Source of the DNA: Cyanophora paradoxa CCMP329
Lineage: Eukaryota > Plantae > Glaucophyta
Direction: 5' to 3'
DNA: 64,000 bases
Assembly: GCA_004431415.1 (NCBI GenBank)
Contig: QPMI01000557.1
Coordinates: forward strand, 1 to 64,000
Shown here one piece after another: positions 33,236 to 46,517 of the stretch. Position numbers and translations under genes: made by a program. How positions within the stretch are numbered: the stretch's first letter is position 1; every line of letters starts with the position of its first letter. The notes beneath the pieces were generated by a model, which was not told where the DNA came from, did no database searches, and worked only from the letters and a program-made list of their open reading frames with translations.

Positions 33236-36200
33236 TCAGCCCTCCTCGTCCTCCTCGGCGTTCTTCAGCCAGTCAAGGAAATCCTCCGTCTGGTGGGGCG
33301 TCAGCAGGGCTGAGAGGGCGGGCCTTGGCGGGCGGGCCTTCTTGAGGTAGGCGGCGCTCTGAGCGTCGCCTGCCTCGGCCATCTTGGTGGTGATGGCCAC
33401 CCACTTGTCCAGCGCCTTCTCCGTGAAGACCTCGGCGTCGTAGAAGAGCTGCCGGGCGGGCGTCACGCGGGGCGGGGCGGGGCGGGGAGGGGCGGGGTGG
33501 GGCGGGGCGGGGCGGGGCGGGGCGGGGCGGGGGCGCCTTGACGAGCATGCTGTAGGCCTTGTCGGAGAGGGCGCTGAAGAGGGCGCTGCCGGCGCAGAAG
33601 GCGACCAGAGCCTTGACGCACTCCACGCGGTCCCCCACCGTCCGGATGTACTTGTTTGGCAGCTCCGCGAAACCCTCCAGCATCTGCCCCGCCTCAGCGC
33701 CGCCGCGGCGCGCAGGCACGGCGGGGCGGGAGGCAGGCGGGGGCGTGCCGTCTCGACGGCCTTGAGGAGGAGCTTGGGCTTGTCGGGGGAGACGCCGGGG
33801 AGGCGCTCCATGGCCTCGAGCATGCCGGCGACGATGTTCGTCGCGCAGTCCACCGCCTCCGCGTTGAACGAGAACTTGAGCCCGTTCACCTGCCCGCGCG
33901 CGCGCGCCGTCTGCCGCCACCGGTGCCGCGAGGGGCGGGGCGGCGCGCCTCGAGGATCGTGTTGTCGACGCGGTGCCGCTCGACGATGCCGCGCACCACC
34001 GTCGCCCGCACCTCGCTCCCGAACCCTGCCGACGCCTGGGTGGCGCTGCGGGGCGGGGGCGGGGGCGGGGGCCGGGGCGGGGCGGACGGGCGATGGGGTC
34101 CTCCTCCTCCTCGTCGTTGTCGTCGCCGGCCTCGTCGGCGCCCTCGTCGTCGCTCCCGCCGCTCTCGCTCGTGCTCTCCTCCGCGCTCGCGGCCGACCCG
34201 GGGCGGCGCCGGCGCGAGGGCCCCGCCTCCCCCGCCAGCACCGCCTCGAACCGCTCCACCTCCTCCTCGCCCGCTGCCCGCGCACCGCTCGCCGCCGGGC
34301 CCCGCCCGACGCCGCCCGGGGGCGCACCGAGGGCGTTGGCGGGGGAGGGCGAGTCGGCCTCGAGCGCCTCGAAGAGGAAGGCGTGCCCGCCGGGCCCCGC
34401 CGCGTCCGCCGCCGCCGCGGGGCCCGCATCGGGGCCCGCCTGCAGCTCGGGGGCGGCCCCCGCGGCCGGCGGCGACTTGCCGAACCCGTCCTCCTCCTCC
34501 TCCCCGAAGTCCTCCTCCTCCTCCTCCTCCTGCGCCGCGCGTCGCCGGGGCGCCGGGCGGGCCCTCGCGGGGCGCGCACGGCTCTCCGGGGCGTGGAGGT
34601 GAGCATGGCGTAGGGCTGCACGCGGTGCCCGGGCCCCACGACGACCTGCCCGCCCCGTCGCCCGCCGGCGCGGCGCCGGCGCGGGGCGGCGCGCCTTGAA
34701 CGAGACGACGCTGCCCGGGGAGAGGACGCTGCCGGCACACAGGCGCGCCCCACTGCAGACGATGCAGTGCGAGAGGCGCACGCCGTCCTGCGCGGGGGCT
34801 CGGGGCGGGGCGCGGGGCGGGGCGCGCGGGGCGGGCCTCGATAACAGCGTCGTCCCAGACGAAGGCGTCCTCCATGAGCACGTCCGCCCCGATGTGCACG
34901 TTCCGGCCCACCACCGACCGCCGCACCACCGTCCGCTCCCCGACCGCCGCCCCCCGCCCAAGCACCGTGTCCTCCCCCACCCGGCACGTTCTGGCCCGCC
35001 CCGCCCCTCACGCCGGCGCGGCGAGGCGGGGCGGGGCGGGGCGGGCGCACCGGGCGAGCTTGACGTCGGGGGCCTTGTAGACCCCGGGGCGCGTGTACGT
35101 GTACGTGTCTGCGGCGCGCGCTCGGTGGCGCAGAGGCCGCGGCGGGGTCTGCGCACCGGCCCCGTCCACGCTGAACTCGGGCGTGATTGGGTACACCCAG
35201 CGCCGCACAATGTGCGAGCTGCGCGCGTAAGGCGGGGCGGGCGGGCTGGGGCGGGCGGGCGGGACCTAATGGCGGCGTAGGAGCGGAGGTCCTTGACGCG
35301 GAGGGCGTACTCGCTGTGGAGGACGTGCGCGTGCACCTGCTCGCCCCGCACCTCCGCGTCCGCCTGCAGCACCGCCCGCAGGAAGTCCCGCTGCGCCCCG
35401 CCCTCACCGCCCCGCCACCAACGCCGCGCCCGGCCCCCGCACATGGATGTCCTGGTAGTCGAAGTTGTCCTGGAAGTTCACGAGGACCTGCGCGCCGTCG
35501 GCCCCGCCCGCCCCGCCCCACGCCGCCCCGCGCCCCGGGCGGGCGGCGCGCGCCTCGGGGGAGCAGACGTAGATATGGGAGTCGACGAGGTCCGTCCGCA
35601 GCGCCACGTCCGTGAACTCGCGGAGCACGTCAGCGCCCACCTGCGCCGGCCCCTCACGCCCGGCCCGCCCCCGCCCCCCGCGAGCCCCCGCCCCCCGCGA
35701 TAGCGGCGCCGCACCTTGACGTGCCGCGGGGGCCCCTTGCCCTCTTCCTCCTCGTCCACGTCGGAGAGCAGCTGCGGGGGGATCGGGAGGGGGGTCCGCG
35801 AGCCGGCCGGCGGGTCGGCAGACCTCGTAGCGGAGGACGCGGTTCGTGGCCGGCACGAGCGTCACGCACACGTCGTCCTCCCCCGCCGACCTGCCGCCCC
35901 CTGTGAGGCGTGCTGGAAGGCGGCGCGACGGCGCGGGGCACCGGGCGCCGCTGGTGGCGGGGAGCTTCTTGAGGATCATGGTCATGATGTTGGACTTGTC
36001 CTTCTCGCGGCGCGCCCTGGCGGGGGCCTCGGGGGCAGGGGGCGGGGCGGGACGGGGGCGCACTTGTGCTCGGCGACGACCTTGGCGACGTTGAGGTTGG
36101 TGATCACGTCGCCGAAGACGAGCACGAAGTCGCCCCGGATGAGGCTCTTCCCGTCGATCTCCCGCAGCGCGTCCCCGATGCTCTCGCACCCCTCCGCCAC

Positions 36201-36738
36201 CACGATCTGCACCGCCGGCGCCCCCGGCAGCTTCGACGACATCCACTTCGACGCCCTGCGCCGCCTCATCGCGCCGGCGCCGGAGCAGCCGCCGTCCGGC
36301 TCCGGGCGGCGCGCACCGCACGTGTTCCTCGACAAGCTTCGGGAACGCGCAGCAGAAAATGAATATCTCCTGCACTCCAGAAGCCGCCAGGAACTCCAGC
36401 GTGTAGTCTATCATCGCGACATTCACGAGCGGCAGGAGCGTCTGCACGGGAGGCGGCGCGGTGCGTCAGGCACGTGCGAGTTGATGCGGTAGAGTGGTGC
36501 ACGAGCCGGCGGAGGCCGGTGCAGCGCGCTCGAGGACCGCTCGCACCTTCGGCCGCTCGAACGTGATCGGCCTGAAGCGCCGGTTGAAGCTGTCCGCGAG
36601 AAGTACCGCCTGCAACGGAACACGCGCTGGAGTGAGCCGGCGCTCGCGCGGCATCGGGGTGGTGGCCCGCACCTGCAGCACATCCTCGCGCTTGATATCC
36701 GTCAGGTCTCCTCCCCGCGATTTGCTTTTCTTGCTCAT
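33236..36738 (-). CDS. EIF2B5: Translation initiation factor eIF2B epsilon subunit, multi-exon
   Basis: [57 protein letters not shown], left-handed beta-helix repeats, W2 end [14 protein letters not shown]. Confidence 0.95.
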
Positions 36739-37002
36739 CGCAGCAGCGGTAGGATGCGCCCGGTGCGCCGGTGCGTGTGCGCCGGGCGCGCCGGTGCGCC
36801 GGGTGCGGTGCGGGAGGGGTAGTGCAATTCTGTCGAGCTTGCACGGCGGTTCCACGTACAGATCGCGGACGACGAGCTGGAACTTGCCGCGCACTTCGAG
36901 AGCTTTGAGCGAGTTCCTATCGGCTTCCCGGACCGTGCATTGACCATCGCATTGCGGCACATATACAGCACGCCTGACTCGTTCGCAGTAGCACCTTTAA
37001 GA

Positions 37003-39503
37003 ATGTCATTTCTAAAGAAGCTCGGACTCGGTTCCTCGCACGTGCGTCGTGCCGTATTAGCGGACGCCGCGCCTGCCCACGCTAATGTACGCAGCTTGAG
37101 GACCGCATCGATTTATGCACGAGCGATATGCTCCTCGCACCGGACTGGCCGGCCAACCTGGAGGTTACTGACCTTATCAACGGCTCCGGTTCGATCTGTG
37201 ATGTTGCAGGCAAGTGCGGGCGGGCGATGAGATCCCGCGGCCGGCAGAGAAAGGCCCGCGCGAGGCGATGAAGGCCCTGCGTAAGAAGATCCGCGACAGG
37301 AACCCCAAGGTTGCGGTCCTGGCGCTGACTGTGCGTACGCCGCCTCGTCGCCGCCGCCCTCGCTGAGCGTTGGGGCGCGAAGCTGGTGGAAACGTGCATG
37401 AAAAACTGCGGGGTGCGCGTGGCGGGGCAGGGGCGGGCGGGGGGCGGCGGCTGACTGGCCGGCAGACGCGGTTCCACGTGCAGATCGCGGACGAAGAGTT
37501 CATGGAGGAGCTGGTGAAGGTGGCGACGGGGCGGCGCGGCGGCGAGGCGGAGGAGAAGGCGCTGCAGCTCGTGCGCGCCTGGGGCGAGGCCTTCAGGGAG
37601 CGGCGCGAGGACCCCGTCCTTGGCGCATTCTACCGCGCCTACGCCGAGATGCGCTCCCGCGGGATCACCTTCCCCCCCGCGGAGGGCGACGCAATGGCCG
37701 TCCCGCGCCGCTCGCAACGCGCCGAGATGGACCTCACCGCCGGCGAAGCGGCCGCCATCCGCGTGGCCGGCGGCGGCGCCCCCGCTGCAACCGACGACTT
37801 CATGGACGAGCTCGACGACTGGCGCTCCAACTCGCCGACCCGCCGCGGCCGCGCCGCCCGCTCCTCCCGCTCCGTTCGCACCGCCGGCTACTCCGAGGCG
37901 CGCCCCGCCGCCGCGCCGCGGGGGCGAGGGTCGCCGACGCGGGCGGGGCAGGCGCCGCAGCGCTCGGAGGCCGTCTCGGATGCTGCGTACGCCGAGTACC
38001 TGGGGCGCTCCGGCTCGGCCGCCCCGCGCCGCTCCGCCGCACCCGCGCCCCGCCCGCAGCCGGCGGCGGCGGCGCGCGCGCAGGCGGCGCCCGTGCTCGA
38101 GGTCAACCGGCAGAAGCTGGAGGGGGACCTGGAGGCGCGCGGGGCGCGGGGCCGGGGCGGGGGCGGCGCTGAGGGGGGCCCCAGGTGGTGCGCACCAACT
38201 GCGAGCTGCTCTCCGAGATCGTCGCGGCGTGCGACCCGCAGCGGGAGCTCATCACCGAGAACCCCATCGCCAACGAGCTCCACGCACGCCCCGCGCCCCG
38301 CCAGCCCCTCGCCCCTCGCTGACCCCGGCGCAGGAGTCGTGCACGGCCATGTCCATGCGCGTCATGGTGCGCCGCCGCCTCCGTCACGTGCGCCGGCGCC
38401 GGGGCCGACGGGCGCGCAGGAGCTGCTGGAGGAGCTCAGCGGGCAGCCCGACATGGACGAAGTCCTCCTCGCGCAGGCGCTGCTCCGCCCGCCCGCGCCG
38501 CCCCGCGCCGGCCTGACAGCCGCGCAGCTGCTCGCCGTGAACGACGACCTTCAACGCGTCTTTACCGCATACGAAAACGTGCGCCTGCGCCGCCGTCGGC
38601 GGCACGGCCGCGCTGAAAACGAGGGCCGGCGCAGGCGCGCGTGGAGGGGATGCAGCGGCAGCAGGCCCCGCAGCAGGCGGCGCAACAGCGCAGCTCCCGC
38701 TCCGCCGACGCGCCCCTCATCGACCTCCAAGGGCCCGACTCTGTCAGCGTGAGCCACCTGCGCCCTGCACGACTCCTCTCTAGCACCGACCGGCGGCCCC
38801 CGGCACCTTGCAGGCCAGCTTGGCTGCGATGAACCTGCAGGGCCGCCCCCCCGCCGCGTACACGACGCCGGCGCTGGCGGTGCGTGGGACGCCGCGGGGC
38901 GGGCGGGGCAGGGGAAGGGGCCGAGGCCGGGGCGCAGGACGAGGAGGAGGAGGCGCCCCTGCGGGGAAGACCACCCTCGCACTCGCCCGCGGCCATCCCG
39001 CCCCCGCCTCCGCCCCAAGGTCCCCCCGCCCCCGCCACCGCCACCGCGCCAGCCACGGCCCATGAACCGGCGCGCAGCGTTCCTCGCCGACGCCGACGGC
39101 TTCGCGCCGCACCTGGCGGCACCGGCGCCGGGCGTGCGCCCCGCCACGCAGGAGGGCTGGGACTTCTCCGCGCCAGCTCCCGCCGCCGCCAGCGACTTCG
39201 GGGGCAACCCGTTCGCCGGGCCCCCGCCGCCTCCCGGGACAGAGCCGGTCAACGTCGACGGTGCGCTCGCCGCCGCCCCAAGGGAGGCGCGCGCGGCCGA
39301 CGCCGGGCTCAGACTTCGACGCCTTCCTCAACGCAAGCCGGACGTCGAACGCTCCGCTGCCAGGCGCCACGACTGTCGACGTGCCTGCCTTTCACCCGCA
39401 GGCCGCTGCTCCTTGATCCTCACCCCCTTTGCAGCGGGCGGACATGGAGGAGTTCGACAGGTTCCTCGCCGGCAACGCGGTCCCGCAGACGCACACCCGC
39501 TGA
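37003..39503 (+). CDS. TOM1-like VHS-GAT endosomal sorting protein, multi-exon
   Basis: PDWPANLE, AMKALRKKI..RNPKV..LAL, MKNCG, FHVQIA, Y.EMRSRGITFP; GAT LLAVNDDLQRVF; NPF motif; C-terminal MEEFDRFL. Confidence 0.88.
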
Positions 39504-39689
39504 CCGCGGAGACCTCGTCAGCGACAGTCGTCCTCCTCCGAGTTGATGAGCGAGCGCAGACCTGATATATATCCATCTTGCATTTGTGTTCTAGTTATTC
39601 AGGCGTGCACGATCACTCTTTGCTTCCTAGGTTTCAAGGCTTATGGCTTTCGTCACTATTCTGAGCCGTTGAAACACAGCCTAGGCCGA

Positions 39690-41810
39690 TGGCTCGCAGG
39701 GACATGCGTATGGCGGCAATGGCCATGGGTCCTCGCCCGCCAACGTTTGGCTTCGACGAGCTAGAGCGAGAGATGCGGGGGCACGCCAGGGTCAGAATTG
39801 ACAGCGAGTGGTCTCTCGCACACGGAAAGTCCGTTTCGGAGCCCGACCTGGGCCGTCGCATGCGAACCGTGCGAGATCAAATTCTCGTAGGCAGTGACCG
39901 GATTCTGACGGAAACGACGCCGCCCAGGTTCGCAGTGCTTCGCAACGAAGTGCATACTGCAAAGTGCAAAGAGCAAGTTTGTGGTGTCGACGTCCATCAT
40001 GGCATGGACCGTCGGCGCTGGACCGTCGGAGCCTCGGAGCGCTCGCGGCCGCCCGCGCAGTGCTAGCGCGGCCGGGCTCCGGTTGCCCGGCAGCTGCAGT
40101 GCAATTGCAATCACGTCTTCTTTAGACGGCTTGAAGCGCCCAAATAAACCCATTCGGGCCCCACAGAAGGGCGGGGCGACCTGCGCTTTCTTCAGCGGTC
40201 TGGGGGGATACCCTTGCGACTTGCAGCTCTGAGACAATCGGGAGCAGGCAGCGCGTCTCCCCTTCGACAGAACGAAGCACCAGCAACTCGGTTCAAGAGC
40301 TGGCTGCCGCGCGCCCGGGAGGCGCGCACGACGGTGAGGCCGAAGTCTCGCTGCCATCCTTCCTTTGACGGCGGCACCCAGTCGCGCGGCTCATACATCG
40401 CTGCACGCTGCAGGAGTTCCGCGTGAATCAGGGTGCAATGGCCTCGGAAGCTCCCCCTTGCGACCCCGCGCGCGCCAGCTGCGATGTGAAGCGGCATCAT
40501 CCACCATACGAACAGCGCGCGTTCGTTCATTGAAGAGGTATTCTCGTCGATGCTTGCCTTCGTTTGTGACGAAGCCCGCGACTCGCCCAGCCGGCGTGGA
40601 GAACGTGAAGTCATGATCAGTATCCGCGCCTCGACTGACGCCCTCAGCTCCGGGCTCTTCTGCAAGCCGTTCGGGGCTGTTTTACAGCTCTGTCGTTCAT
40701 TCTGCGCCTCGGCAATGTGACGGACCATTCAACCCGCTCAACCGCCGCCATCAACCGCCAGCTTCGCGAGCTACTCCTACAAGTGTCTTGAGCTTCAGCG
40801 AGCACAGCATACAATCGTGGGCGTGGAACCGCCTGCTTCGTGGAGCTGCGTCGCTTGGAGGAGCATGTGCGTCGTGTTTCTCCGCCATGCGCCTCATGGG
40901 TTGATGACCTGGGCTGCAGAATCGCCTTTGTAAAGACTTTCACGCTTATGTAGCTTCCAATCCCTCGATGCGCACGTCCCCAACCGCTGAGACTCGAACA
41001 GCAGGGCAGGCGCGTCCGACGTTTTTCGAGCTCTTCATCAGGAACAAGCTTCGGCTGGACATTGCAGGCGTCTCGAATGATGTTGTCTATGTCGTGGACT
41101 AGTTTAAGAGCCTAGGTGTCTCGCAGGGACATGGGTCTTCGCCCGCCAACGTTTGGGGCTTCGACGAGCTAGCGCGAGAGATGCGGGGGCACGCCAGGGT
41201 CAGAATTGGCAGCGAGTGGTCTCTCGCACACGGAAAGTCCGTTTCGGAGCCCGACCTGGGCCGTCGCATGCGAACCGTGCGAGATCAAATTCTCGTAGGC
41301 AGTGACCGGATTCTGACGGAAACGACGCCGCCCAGGTTCGCAGTGCTTCGCAACGAAGTACGTACTGAAGAGAGCCACGTTGGTGGTGTCCATGGACCGC
41401 TCGCGGCTCCGGTTGGGGCGCCCTGCGGCCGTGTGATGATCACGTTCCGAGGCTCGCATCTCTCTAGACGGGTCGGATTCAGGCTGCCGCTCCAGTTGTA
41501 GCGCTAAGAACGCTCAAATAAACCTATACGGGCGCCACACAAGGGCGGGGCGGGATCCGCGCGCTTTCTTCAGCGACCTGGGGGGATACCCTTGCGGCTT
41601 TGCAGCTCTGAGGCAGTCGGGAGCAGGCAGCGCGTCTCCCCTTCGACAGAACGAAGCACCAGCAACTCGGTTCAAGAGCTGGCTGCCGCGCGCCCGGGAG
41701 GCGCACACGACGGTGAGGCCGGAGTCTCGCTGCCATCCTTCCTTTGACGGCGGCACCCAGTCGCGCGGCTCATACATCGCTGCACGCTGCAGGAGTTCCG
41801 CGTGAATCGG
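39690..41810 (+). repeat. Tandem segmental duplication (~39690-40430 versus ~41120-41810) of exon-like blocks of unknown function
   Basis: Near-identical blocks 39755-39949/41161-41358 and 40185-40428/41562-41807, separated by diverged sequence. Confidence 0.85.
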
Positions 41811-42005
41811 GGCGCGATGGCCTCGGAAGCCCCCCCTGACCGCAGCGTGAGCGTGATTTACACCAGCGGCCAGCCCCCCGCCGCGGTCAAGGATCCGTCG
41901 TATGAACAGCGCGCGTTCGACGCTGATCGAAGGTGAATTGCTTGGGGCGCTTTCGGTCGCTGGGGGGCTCGCCCTATGATCGCCCATTAGGCGGATCGCG
42001 ACTCG

Positions 42006-45000
42006 TTGAACCTGTCCACTCTCACCACGCGTCTGAGGCCGGCGCGCAGGACGGAACAGCATCAACACACTCTCGAGAGGGCAAGGGACTCCACGGTGGA
42101 CCACCCCCTTCGACCTGGCGTTGCGATTGCGGGCAGCGAGGAGGCCGTCTCCGAATCCCCCCGAAGCTCCTCACTGGAGACGTTTGTGAAGTTCATCGTC
42201 CCATCAGAACTCGAAAGCAGCGCCTCTCGTGCCCCGCCGTCGGAGATCGAATCTTCGGATGTGCCCAGCCCAACCAGCACCGACAGCAGCCGCCGGCTTC
42301 TTGGATGCGACATCTGTGGACGGGAATGTCTCACCACGCAAGCCCTCATCTCGCATCGCAAGAGTTGCGAACAACGTCTCGGCACTTCGGGCATTTCCGG
42401 CCAAGCAAACACGACGTGCCCACCGTTCGGGGCGACGAAGGTCAAACCGGCGCGGGCTCAGGCGACGGCTAGTGATGGCGCTTCTGCGGCGGAGCAGTGC
42501 GCGGCCACGGAAGAGGATGGCGACGGCGCGCAGCGCCGGCTAGACGGCGACGAGGCGCTCGAGGGCTCCGAGTGCGGCGCTCACGAGTTCGAAGCTGTCG
42601 GCGAGAACTCGCTGGGCTCGTCGGCGGACGCAGCGCTCCCTTTCGTGTGCCAGCGCTGCGGCAAGGCTTTCACGACGATCTTCGGTCTCGGGCGCCACAA
42701 CGGCTGGTGCCCTCTTCGCCCCGGCGTCGCCCCAGGCGCCGCCTTGAACGCGCTGCCTCCGCCCGGACCGGCGGTGGCGGCGACGGGGCCGGCGGTACTT
42801 GCAGGGACGAAGAAGCCGAAGAAGGGGCGCTGGTCAAAGGAGGCGTCGCCGACGTCGGCGAGCCTCCCGCCGCCCTCCCCGAGCGCCGTGCCGTCCTCGG
42901 CGCTGCCCCCTCCGATGATCACCCCCGGCGTCCCCCCGGCGGCCTCGGCGGGGAGCCCGCGCGGGGGCCCCCTCGTGCCTCCCAACCTGGCCCCGGAGCT
43001 CATCGCCGCCATCTCCCGCGCCGGGCCGGCCGTCCGCTGCGACGCCTGCGGCAAGGTCTTCGGTAGCGCCCAGGTGCCTTCCCCGCCGGCGCCGGGCCGG
43101 GATGGGGCGCTGAGGGGGCGGCAGGGCCTGGGGCAGCACCGGCGGCACTGCGCGGGGACGAGCCCCGTGCAGCGCGGGCGCAAGGGGAGCGAGGGGGAGG
43201 AGGAGTCGGCGCTCTCGCCAAAGCCGGAGCCCGGCCGCGACGAAGCGCACGGCGAGGCCGCGGACGCCGCCCGCTGCCCCCACTGCCGCAAGCGCTTCGG
43301 CAGCAGCGGCAGCCTCCGCCGCCACCTCAGCCGCTGCCCTCGCCTGCGTGCCGAGGGCGCCGGCGGGAGCGAGGGGGAGCAGAGCGAGGCGGAGAGCATG
43401 GAGGCGCCGCTCGACGTGCCCGAGCCGCCCGTGCGCCCGCCCCGCCGACAGCGCCCCGCCCCGCCGCCCCGCCCGAGCCGCCGCCAGATCAAGGAGGAGG
43501 CCTCTGCCGACGAGGCCGGCCCCGGCGGGGAGGCCCTCGCCTCCTCGCCCACGGGCCGGGAGGCGGCGCGGGAGCGGGCACGGGGGCGCCGCAGCGGTTT
43601 CGCGTGCGCGGTGTGCGGGCGGACGCTGATGACGCGCTCCGGCCTCGTCATCCACGAGCGCCACTGCAAGGGCCCCGCCGACGAGCCGGCCGACGAGCCC
43701 GGCCCCGCCCCGTCACCCTCTCGCCGCGGGCCCCTCCCACCCCCTCCGAGGCGCCGGCGCCGGTCGAAGGCGGGGCGGGCGGCGGGTGGAACTGCGAGGC
43801 GTGCGGGCAGGTGCGGGGCGGGGCGGGCGGGGCGGGCGGGGCGGGGCAGGGCACCGACGGGGCGCAGGTCTTCCGCACGGAGCTCGACTTCGGGAACCAC
43901 CGCCACTGGTCCGCCCCGGGCGCGCCTCACGCGCGACCGCCCCTGACGGCGCCCCCCCAGGTGCACCGGGCCCTTCGACGCCCGCGCTTCGTCCGGCAGC
44001 GCGGCGACAAGCAGGCCGCGTCGCCGCCTGCGGAGGCGCGTGCCTCGGAGGCGACGAGTGCGCGGGGCGGGTGCGAGGGCCGGGGCGGCGCTGACGGCCC
44101 AGCAGCGCCGACGGAGCGCGAGAGCGAGCGCTCGGCCGGCACCCGCTCCCTCACCTGCTCACGCTGCAAGAAGACCCTCATCTCCGTCCAGGTGCCCCGC
44201 CCCTCCCCGCTGCCCCAGCCAGCGCCGAGCGGGGCGCGCAGGGCCTCGTCATCCACGTCAAGTTCTGCAAGGGCGGAGAGGCGGCCGCGGCGCCCCCGCC
44301 GCGCCGCAGGGTGCGCAACCAGAAGCAGCAGCAGGCGCGGGAGGGCGGGTCGGAGGACGGGGCGAGCAGCGGGGGCTCGGGGGACGAGACGCCGGCGGCG
44401 GCAACAGGGAGCTGGCAGCGGGCCGCCTCGCGCCCCTCGGCCCTCTCGCCGCGCGACGCCGCCGACGCCGACGCGGAGGAGCCGCTGCACGGCTCCCCGC
44501 CGGGCTCGCCGTCGGCGGGGGCGGGCCTGCGGAGCCCCTTCTCGTGCGTGCGGTGCGGGAAGACGTTCGGCAGCGCGCAAGGCCTGGGCGGGCACCGCAG
44601 CTACTGCAACGCCACCAAGGCCAAGGGCGCCGGCCGCCCGGGCCCCGCCCCGCCCGCGACGACGAGGAGCTCCCGGGCGGGCCCTCTCCGCGCGCCGCCT
44701 CGCCCGCGGAGGGGCGGGGCAGGAGCCGCCGGCGCGGCGCGGCGCGAAGCGCACGCGGGCGGCCCTGGAGGAGAGCCTCGATGAGGGCCGCCTCGGCGGC
44801 CCGCCGACCCGAGGAGGCCGCCCCGCGCCGCCCACGCCGCCCGGACCCCATCTCCCTCCACTCCCCCGCGCCGCAGCGCCGGAGACGCCCTCGCCGACCG
44901 GGGCGCGGCGCGAGGCGTCGGGAAGGCGGCGTGCGCTGGAGAGCCCGGCGGGGCGGCGGGGAAGCGGGGCGGCGGGTGGGGCGGCGGGCGGCTCGGGGGA

Positions 45001-45544
45001 CGCAGACGGGGTGGAGGAGCTGGAGGGGCGGGGAGCGGGGAGGAGGGACACGAGGGGGAGGCCCACGGCGCCGCCCTCGCCCTCTTCAACGTCTCCGCCG
45101 CCCCTCGCCCGTCGGGCCCGGCCCCGCCTCGCCGCGCCCCGAGCCGGGCCCCGGGGGCGCCCCGCGGCGGCTCGAGGCCGACAGCGAGGTCGCCGGCCTC
45201 CTCCTCTTCCTCGTGCGCCCCGCCCCGCCCCGCCCCGCCCCGCCCCGCCCCGCCCCGCTCACCCGCCCGCAGAACGCCGCCCCGTCGCCGCAGGGCTCGG
45301 GGGGCCGGCGGCCTGGGGCCCGGGCCCACTCACCGTCGCCAAGCCAGGCGAGTGTGCCGCCGCGGCGCGCCCCGCAGAGGGGCCTCTGGTGCGCTGCCCG
45401 CGCCGCCCGCGCGGACCCTCCGCTCACTCCCGGCAGGAGGCGAGCCCCGCGCCGCCCCCGAAGCAGCCCGTCTCCCTCCGTATGGTGCCCGCCCCCGCTC
45501 GCTCGCTCCCGCCCGCCCTCACCCCGCACCCGCAGGACCCCTAA
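42006..45544 (+). CDS. C2HC multi-zinc-finger protein (~8 fingers); true start probably further upstream
   Basis: CDICGRE..LISHRKSC, CQRCGKAF..GLGRHNGWC, CDACGKVF..HRRHC, CPHCRKRF..HLSRC, CAVCGRTL..HERHC, CEACGQ.., CSRCKK..HVKFC, CVRCGKTF..HRSYC. Confidence 0.8.
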
Positions 45545-46517
45545 ACAACATAATTCGCAGCTTTTTCCCTTTTTTCCGTGTCGTGAGTGTTATTGATGAT
45601 GAGCAGCCTCCGTCTTTTTCTGTAGACAATCAGCACGCAGCCCTTCATCTTTTTACTCCTTTTTTTGCCTGCACATGTACGATTCAGGGCGAGATGCCAC
45701 AGACAAATCAAAGATCGAGCGCGCCGGCGCTCTTCGCGCCCTCCCGCAGAGGCAAAACGACAGAGGCAGACGGGCGGGGCTCTTCGGTGCTGGGCGGGGC
45801 GGTGGAAGGCTAGCTATCTAGCTAGCGCGAGCGGCGAGGGACTCGGAGGCGGTGGAGCGGTGCGCGACCGGCACGGGAAGGGAGGCGCCTCGAGACCTGG
45901 CGGCTGAGCGGGGCTGAGGCAGCCAGCGCCAGCCCGGCCGCCGAACGCTTCAAGATCCGATCCGATGATCGCAAGCCTCGGACCTGGGAGCTCAACTTGC
46001 AAGGCCGCGGCCGCCGCGCCGCGCGGGCGGGTTGCCGGCCCGGCGCCGGCCCGGGGCGGACGGCGGGGTTCCGAGGCTCAGATCCGATGATCATCACCGT
46101 GGCACACCGACCGTCGGACGTCGAATTCGAATTCGAAACCGTTGAACCGCCGGCCGGCCGGCGCCCAGCCGGCGCCGCGGCCGCCGCGGCGCGACCCGTG
46201 ATCTTGACGGGCCGTCGGACACACTGCATGGGCACATGCGAGGGATCCGAATCCGATGATCATCGGATCCCAAGATTTCTCACGGATCAGATCTAGACTC
46301 AGTAGTAGAGTTGCATGTGGCTTCCCGGAAGTTCCAGGCCCCGAGGTGCATGTGATTTCTCACAAATTCCTCAGTTTGTTCCCGCGCGCAGTCCCGGACT
46401 ATCACGTGTGCCTGCTTGCGCGCCCCTCCTGCTGTTCCCCCGCTGCACCCCCTTGGGCGCGGAGGGCAATGCGGGAGAGACGGGTGTGGAGCGCATTGGG
46501 TGCAGGAAGGCGCGGTC

